In this document: positions 57,577 to 64,000 of the stretch, one piece after another | Position numbering within the stretch: position 1 is the first letter of the stretch | Layout of the letters: every line of letters begins with the position of its first letter | Assembly: GCF_009914755.1 (NCBI RefSeq) | Contig: NC_060928.1 | DNA: 64,000 nucleotides | From: the human T2T-CHM13v2.0 reference genome, Homo sapiens | Reading direction: 5' to 3' (one strand) | Program-made: the position numbers and the translations under genes | Notes under the pieces: model-generated | Seen by the model: only the letters and a program-made list of their open reading frames with translations | The model's database searches: none | Told to the model about the DNA's origin: nothing

Positions 57577-58665
57577 AAAAATCAAGATGTTTTGAAAAGT
57601 GCTTTTCTCTGTTCTCTCCTTGTGTTACCCCCAGGTCATGTAGGAAAATGGGAAATTATGCTGGACTTAATGCCAAAAAAGCTAGATTCTTTGCTTCCCC
57701 CATTTACTTTGTTGTTGTTAGTTGAGACAGGATCTCACTGGAGTACAGTGGCATGATCTTGGCTCACTGCAGCCTTGACTCCCTGGCTTCGGTAATTCTC
57801 CCACCTCAGCCTCCCAAATAGTTGGGACTACAGGCGCCTGGCTAATTTTTCTATTTTTTGTAGAGACAAGAGTTTTGCCATGTTGCCCAGGCTAGTCTCA
57901 AACTCCTGGGCTCAAGCGATTCACCTGCCTCGGCCTCCCACATTTGTATTTTTCAAAGTATACTCTTAAGCTCAGATGAATTCAAGTTTTTGCAGCCAGA
58001 AACTGGTAGAACTGGTGTTTGAAATCTTTCATTTTCCAGTGCTTAAACTCTTCATCATTGTAAGATACTTCTTGTGTGGGTCTTTTTTGTGGAAACCACA
58101 CTTGGAGATTTCTACTCCTTAACCCCAAGCCTCTTTATGACATCCATCCAGGACCAGCTCTGCTTTCCTGTTGAAGGTCTCAAGAGACTTGCCTTCCTCC
58201 TCTCGGTAGCTGCCAGTACTCTTACCATTTCATGAGTTTTCCCCCAAGCTTGGCTGTGAAATGTGATACCTATTAGCTTCCGCAGCACCTTTCTCCCAAC
58301 TTCCTTGCTATACCTGATGACAACTCTTCAGGCCTCTTATATTCCTAGGATCTTGCTATTAATCACTATAGGGATAAGTAAAAGTAATATATACAAAATA
58401 ATTGCATAACAGAATAATATAGGGCAGTTACATAGAATGATTCTTGCTGTTTAATCCTGGAAAATGTGATCCCCGAGGATTCACATTTTAATTTCTGCTC
58501 TTTATTTCTGAGGATGGAGTCACCGTTTTCCCCTTCTGGCTACACATTTAGATGCATTTCAGGTCTGATGATAGTTGCAATGTAAAAAAGAATAGCAAGG
58601 CCTTTGGTTTCTGTAGACAATTTGGACCAGATAACTTCCAGACTGGGTAATATCCGGTTTATTAG

Positions 58666-59134
58666 TGTTACTGGATGGGAAGTCTTGACTGAGTTGTCTG
58701 GGTTTTTGGCGTGTTGAACAAAGAATTGAACAAAACGTAGAAACAAAGCAACAAAAGAAGCAACGAAAGACAAAACAACAAAAGAACGAAGTAACAAAAG
58801 CACAAATTTATTGAAGCGAACCAAGTGCTTCAAGAGTCCCAATTGCAGTGTTCTTAAGGGTTACTAGGCTAAAAGAATTTGGTAAATCCCTAGGTGCCCT
58901 TTACAGTCGTCCAATTGGTTGCACCCTATGAAGGATTGGCCTGCGACCAATCAGAGGCTGAAATGGAGATGGCCGAGGACAATCAGAGGCGATGTGGAAA
59001 CTTCTGTCTTGTAATCACAGGAGTGAAGGTGTGGCCTGTATGCTGCCTAGTCTTGCCTAGAAATTGCTGCACCTGCTGTTCTTTTGCTTATGCCTTAACC
59101 CTTGGTTACCCTAATTCCCTATTCTCTTGCCTCA
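58666..59134 (-). mobile_element. ERV1 solo LTR, MER51-like
   Basis: TG...CA ends with perfect 4-bp TSD ttag (58662-65 / 59135-38). The minus strand starts TGAGGCAAGAGAATAGGG. AATAAA on minus at 58807-58812; several CCAAT boxes. Confidence 0.85.
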
Positions 59135-59954
59135 TTAGGTCTTTACCCTGACTAAAAATGCACTCATCTAGCTGGGACAAATCCTACACTGCATTTGTCC
59201 CATCTAGATGAGTATTCTAGCAGAGTACATGGCACATGAGTAGGCATTCAAAAATTCAACATACAGTACATTTTGTTACCTATGTGCCAGGTGTCGGGCA
59301 GGCTGAGTTAACAGCTGAACAGAAACCTACCTACCCAACGTGCTAACTTCTATACAGCATGGTCGTGCATCCAAATCAAATGGAAAGCGGTATGGGAGAT
59401 CTGGAAAGGCCTCCTGTGGGTGGCATCTGACTACCTAAATTCCCATCCCAGTTTCACTTACTGACTTTGACACTTGGAACAAGCAGCCTCTCAGTGCCTG
59501 TTTTCCCACTGGCAGGTAAATGGGCTAATGACGGTATTTCTGGCACTAGACTTCGTTAATTAATGAAAAGCACATAGAAGAAAACAGCCTGGCTCTCTAA
59601 GTGGGCAGTGCGATTCCCAAGGACGGCACTTCGCCTGATAGTCTTCCTCTAGGCTGAGAAGCCAGAGTAAATCCATTTGATTTTCCTACCACACAGTGCC
59701 TTCTCCCCAGATGAGTTCAAAGCTTTAAGTCTATCCAGTTCTGTCCAGACGCGTCTGTTCATCTCCAACAGGCCCACTAGAGAGGCGGGTTTTCCAAAGC
59801 CTGGCACGGCCCACTGCAGGTGACGCCCTCTGCCCTCCAGCGCCCTCAGGCCTCTGGGGTCCACCCTTCCTCCCCACCCGACTCCGGAACCTCTTCCCGC
59901 GCCCTGCCCGGGCGCCTGGCTGCTTGGGGTAGAGGCCTTCCGCCACACGCGCGG

Positions 59955-59977
59955 CCCCGCCCCGGCCTTCACGTGAC
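59955..59977. promoter_or_regulatory. DCK: GC box (CCCCGCCCC 59955-59963) and USF-type E-box (TCACGTGAC 59969-59977)
   Basis: Motifs read directly. Sp1 and USF regulation is established for the dCK promoter. Confidence 0.75.
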
Positions 59978-60059
59978 CTGGCGTGCGGAGCGCGCACGCG
60001 GGAACCCGCGCTGGAGGCGGGCGAGGGCCGAGGGGCAGCTAGGGAGCGCGGCTTGAGGA

Positions 60060-60114
60060 GGGCGGGGCCGCCCCGCAGGCCCGCCAGTGTCCTCAGCTGC
60101 CTCCGCGCGCCAAA
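60060..60114. promoter_or_regulatory. DCK: Second GC box (GGGCGGGG 60060-60067) and E2F-like site (TTTGGCGC on minus strand, 60107-60114)
   Basis: Motifs read directly. An E2F site is typical of nucleotide-metabolism gene promoters. Confidence 0.65.
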
Positions 60115-60272
60115 GTCAAACCCCGACACCCGCCGGCGGGCCGGTGAGCTCACTAGCTGACCCGGCAGGTCAGGATCTGGCTTAGCGGCGCCGCGAGCTC
60201 CAGTGCGCGCACCCGTGGCCGCCTCCCAGCCCTCTTTGCCGGACGAGCTCTGGGCCGCCACAAGACTAAGGA

Positions 60273-60363
60273 ATGGCCACCCCGCCCAAGAGAAGCTGCC
60301 CGTCTTTCTCAGCCAGCTCTGAGGGGACCCGCATCAAGAAAATCTCCATCGAAGGGAACATCG
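60273..60363 (+). CDS. DCK: Deoxycytidine kinase, coding exon 1 (91 nt)
   Basis: Strong Kozak (ggaATGG). Translates MATPPKRSCPSFSASSEGTRIKKISIEGNI(A), the dCK N-terminus leading into the P-loop GNIAAGKS, which the intron splits. Donor TCG|gtaagg. The rest of the gene is beyond the window. Confidence 0.98.
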
Positions 60364-60664
60364 GTAAGGAGCCTCCGGAAATGTGGGACGCAAGGCTGGG
60401 GTGTCGCGGCAGTGGCTGAAGCTTCCCTTCGCCGCATCTCTCTGCAGCAACTCGGTGAGGGCTTTCCCTCCAGCCTGGCGGTGTGGACGCGGCCTCGGCT
60501 TCCTTTCCCACCCAGAGCATCCTTCCCTTACCTCCCGCTCCACGGGGTGACTGCGGTCCCCGGGGTCAGACTGGGCGCCAGGCCTGCGGTCTCTGTGAGG
60601 CGCGCTTTGAACCTCTGCTCCCTCTTTGTTGGGAACTCGCAAAGGGAAGCGGGGGAAGGGTATT

Positions 60665-61100
60665 AGATTTCTTGAGGTGTAACTTACATTAAATTCACCC
60701 TTTTTAGGTGTACTCTTCTATGAGGTTTGACAAACATTATGCCTTTTGCTATCACCATGATCGAGATACAGAACATTTTCATCACCTTAGAAAGTTCCTA
60801 CCTGCTCCTTTGTATTCAGCCCCCTCCACCCTTCCTATTCCCTGGCACCCACTGATTTGATTTCTATCCCTGCAAGTGTTGCCTTTTCCAGAATGCCATA
60901 TAAATGGAATCATAGGCTATATCGCCTTTTGTGTCTGGCGTCTTTCATTTAGCATAATGCTTTTGAAATTCATTCATGTTACTTGTGTCTGTAGTTTGTT
61001 TCTTTTTATTGCTGAGTAGTATTCCATTGCATGGATGTACCATCGTTTATCCATTTTCTAGTTGTGGACCTCAGGGTTGTTTACAGTTTTTTAGCTATAT
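60665..61100 (-). mobile_element. L1MB-type 3' end in DCK intron 1
   Basis: gccttttccagaatgccatataaatggaatcata ... tttttattgctgagtagtattccattg. Confidence 0.8.
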
Positions 61101-62297
61101 TATTAGCGAAGCATTGTTTTAGCTATATTATTAACGAAACTCGAAACATTCGAGTACAAGCAAAGAGGTCTTTAATGATCTTAATAGCATGGAGTTCCTC
61201 ACCCCTTACTCCACATCCAAGTAAACATTGGATTATGATTCAAAGACCACTAACGTTTCTGTTAACTCAGATGGGGGGCAGACTAGGCCATGCCTGTCAC
61301 TTTGCAAGATACACACCAACGTCCGATTCTTCTGTATCTCCAACCACAGGAAACCTACCCCTGAAACTTCCTGTTTTGATAGATTTAAAAAAAAATTTTT
61401 TTAGCTCCAGGTTGGGTGCTGGTCATTCATGCATACAGCAAATTTTTTAAAATTCTTACCACATTCAAAGCACTGTACCTTCTTGAAAAAGGCCAGGCAA
61501 GCAGATGCTTTAAGCATTCAAATGAATAGAAAAACTGCATTCTCAAAGAGGACTTCTTATTTCATTGCTCCAGAATTAAAGCACCAGTAGAAAGACCATA
61601 TGATATAATTAGCAATGTAAGTTATTTGAGGGTGCATGTTTACTAGTATGGAATCTCTGACAGCTGCTTACTGAATAAAGAAGACCATATATAAAGACAG
61701 GAGAAAGTGGCTGAACAAAGCCATCTGAAAAGTAAATTTGAGGCAGGGCATGGAGGCTCATACTTGTAATCCCAGGATTTGGGGAGGCTTAGGCAAGAGG
61801 ATCACTTGAGTCCAGGAGTTCCAGATCAGCCTGGGCAACATAGTGAGAACTCATCTCCACAAAAAAATTAAAAAATTAGTTGCATGTGTTGGTGTGCCTC
61901 CAGCTACTCAGGAGGCTGAGGCAGGAGGATTGCTTGAGCCCAAAGATCAAGGCCACAGTGAGCCATGATCACACTACTGCACTCTAGCCTGGGTGACAGA
62001 GCAAGACTCTGTTAAAAACACAGAAACAAAACAGTAAAGTTGAATGAATAACCCCTCGGATCAATACCACAATACATTCATCCCCTTTCCCTCTCTCCAA
62101 TCCAGTTAGGTAGCATCATATTTAGAAATATTTCCTCAAAGCATCTTTAATCTTTTCAGCAGCTGAAATAATTTCCTAATATATCATCCCATCTCCAGTT
62201 TCTCTTAACTACTTCTGCAACGGTCTTTTTGTATGCAAATGTCATGTGTTATCCCCTGCTTAAAATTCTTCACTGATTTTGCCTTTACCTACACTGA

Positions 62298-62940
62298 AAG
62301 TAGTTGTGAACTGATAGCCTGCAATTGCACAATATTGGCCTGCACAGGTTGAAAAAAAATTTTACTGGCCAGTGGCTCAAGCTTGTAATCCCAGTGCTTT
62401 GGGAGGCTGAGGCAGGAGGATTGCTTGAGGCCAGGAGTTTGAGACTAGCATGGCAACATAGTGAGAACTAGTCTCTAAGAAAAATAAAAATAAAATTAGG
62501 CCAGGCACAGTGGATCACGCCTGTAGCTCCAACTACTCAGGCGGCTGATGCTGATGTGGGAGGATCACTTGAATGTGGGAGGCAGAAGTTGCAGTGAGCT
62601 GAGATGGCACCACTGCACCCCAGCCTGGGTGACAGAGTCTCAAAAAAAAAAAAAAGCCAGTTGTGTTAGCATGCACGTTTAGTCCTAGCTACTCAGGAGG
62701 CTGAGGTGGAGATCTTTGAGACCTATAGTTTGAGGCTGCCGTGAGCTGTGGTTGTGCCACTGCCCTACAGCCTGGGCTACAGAGTGAGACCCTGTGTCTA
62801 AAGAAAAAAAAATTAAATTTGTTGCTAACTCGAAAACGTTTTGAGATTTCCCATAAACAATTAGATTCTTGGCTTCTTTTGAAAAATCTGAAGATCTGTT
62901 AACACCGGGCCTGCATTTCTGTATGACAACAATTGGTGTT
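62298..62940. mobile_element. hAT-Charlie fossil (MER102-like) interrupted by nested sense Alus (62366-62812)
   Basis: gagatttcccataaacaattagattcttggcttcttttgaaaaatctgaagatctg resumes after the Alus. Confidence 0.5.
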
Positions 62941-64000
62941 TAGATGGAGCATGTTCCTTGCCATTTTTCGTCTCCCTGACACTGAGACTTTGTTAGTTAC
63001 TGTTCATTATTGGTCTTGCACTTTTGTTCATGTCTCCTTCACCTTATTTGCCAGATCCAAATAAGCTGTAAATGCACAAATTGTTAAGCTGTGCGTAAAC
63101 TATTTTGCAATTCCTCTATTTTTCCTAGAATTTGAACTTTACTTGGTCGTTTTAGTTTTATATTTATATAACCCATCTTCTTATGTTCTGTGTTACTCAA
63201 ATGTTCCCTTATGTTAGATTGATGGAGGACTTACCTGCTTCTCATCTTAATAGTCTGTTCAGAATGACTTTCAGCATTATAATGCCTGCTTGGCATTAGG
63301 AATTCTGTTAGTTTCCATGACTTTTTAAAGTATTAACATCAGTGTCTTTGGTTCTTGTTCTCCTTTGCCTTCATAGAAAATTAATTTATTAACTAGCTTA
63401 TTTTCTAGCTCCCACTTTGCCCCAATAAGTTAAGGAACTAGATGTGTTAGTGTGATTGGGAACTCTAGCTGTTATTACTCTGCTTGAACTAAATGTAACT
63501 GTTATTACTCTTAGACTTTTTAAGTATGACCATATGAATTTTTCTGCTTGTAAGCAGTGTCAGAAGAAAGTTGAATGCTGTAGCCTTAAGTGCTTTCAGA
63601 CTCTGGTGGATGCCTAATTTTTTTATTTGTTCCTTGGGTGCTATTTCTGAACATCATGTTCTCCTTTCCCTCTTCCATCTAGCTCAGTGAATGTGGGGTG
63701 TTCTTTCTATATGCTTTCACTTCCACTTAACATTCTTCTAAATGCTGTACAGTCCCTAAGCTTACACTCTCCATACTAAATTTTGGTGGCCAGTGTTTTT
63801 ACCATGATTAAATCTCACTGTTATCCAGTTTATCGTTAAAAGTTTTTCTCCTCTCCTCTGGATACAGTTTACTTTGTGTTTTTCTTCTAAACTGTCTACC
63901 TGTGTCACCTTCTTTACTGCCTCGCTCCTGTTTTTTCTCTGTGTGTAATTCTTTAAAGTTCTTCCAGGTTTTTCTTCTTTTCTATTGCCCTGTCTAATGT

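Larger units (their letters stand above)
59800..60660 (+). promoter_or_regulatory. DCK: CpG island / TATA-less promoter of DCK
   Basis: Abrupt rise in GC and CpG density spanning the DCK 5'UTR, exon 1 and start of intron 1. No TATA box seen. Confidence 0.93.

Noticed and set aside
60141-60153. Donor-like CCG|gtgagc within the palindrome gtgagctcac in the DCK 5'UTR
   Set aside because: Use would delete the start codon; nothing in the sequence supports use over the strong exon-1 donor.
59649-60692. Several ORFs on both strands over the DCK promoter (up to 176 aa)
   Set aside because: Expected stop-codon scarcity in a CpG island; the products are low-complexity G/A/R/P sequences.

Overview
Primate (almost certainly human, 4q13.3) genomic DNA. 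It contains the 3' part of MOB1B on the + strand: the distal ~25 kb of intron 1, an alternative TE-flanked exon at 17135-17246, coding exons 2-6 (25310-48494) and a ~6.1 kb 3'UTR ending near 54,600. About 5.4 kb later come the CpG-island promoter, exon 1 and start of intron 1 of DCK (deoxycytidine kinase, ATG at 60273). The rest is dense in Alus (dozens, including one with all five AluYa5 diagnostic bases), old L1/L2/MIR fragments, DNA-transposon fossils and four solo LTRs. Nearly all ORFs in the supplied track are Alu or repeat artefacts. I found no evidence of a wholly new gene or biological system. The most interesting unexplained structures are two apparent templated-insertion (template-switch) scars, at 21251-21299 and 8678-8820. 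Also notable are the isoform-switch logic in MOB1B (a uORF/re-initiation exon and intronic polyadenylation after a weak exon-4 donor), candidate poison exons in DCK intron 1, and a CCAAT-rich MER51-type LTR just upstream of the DCK promoter. Repeat family names come from recalled consensus sequences and repeat boundaries are approximate unless a TSD is given.
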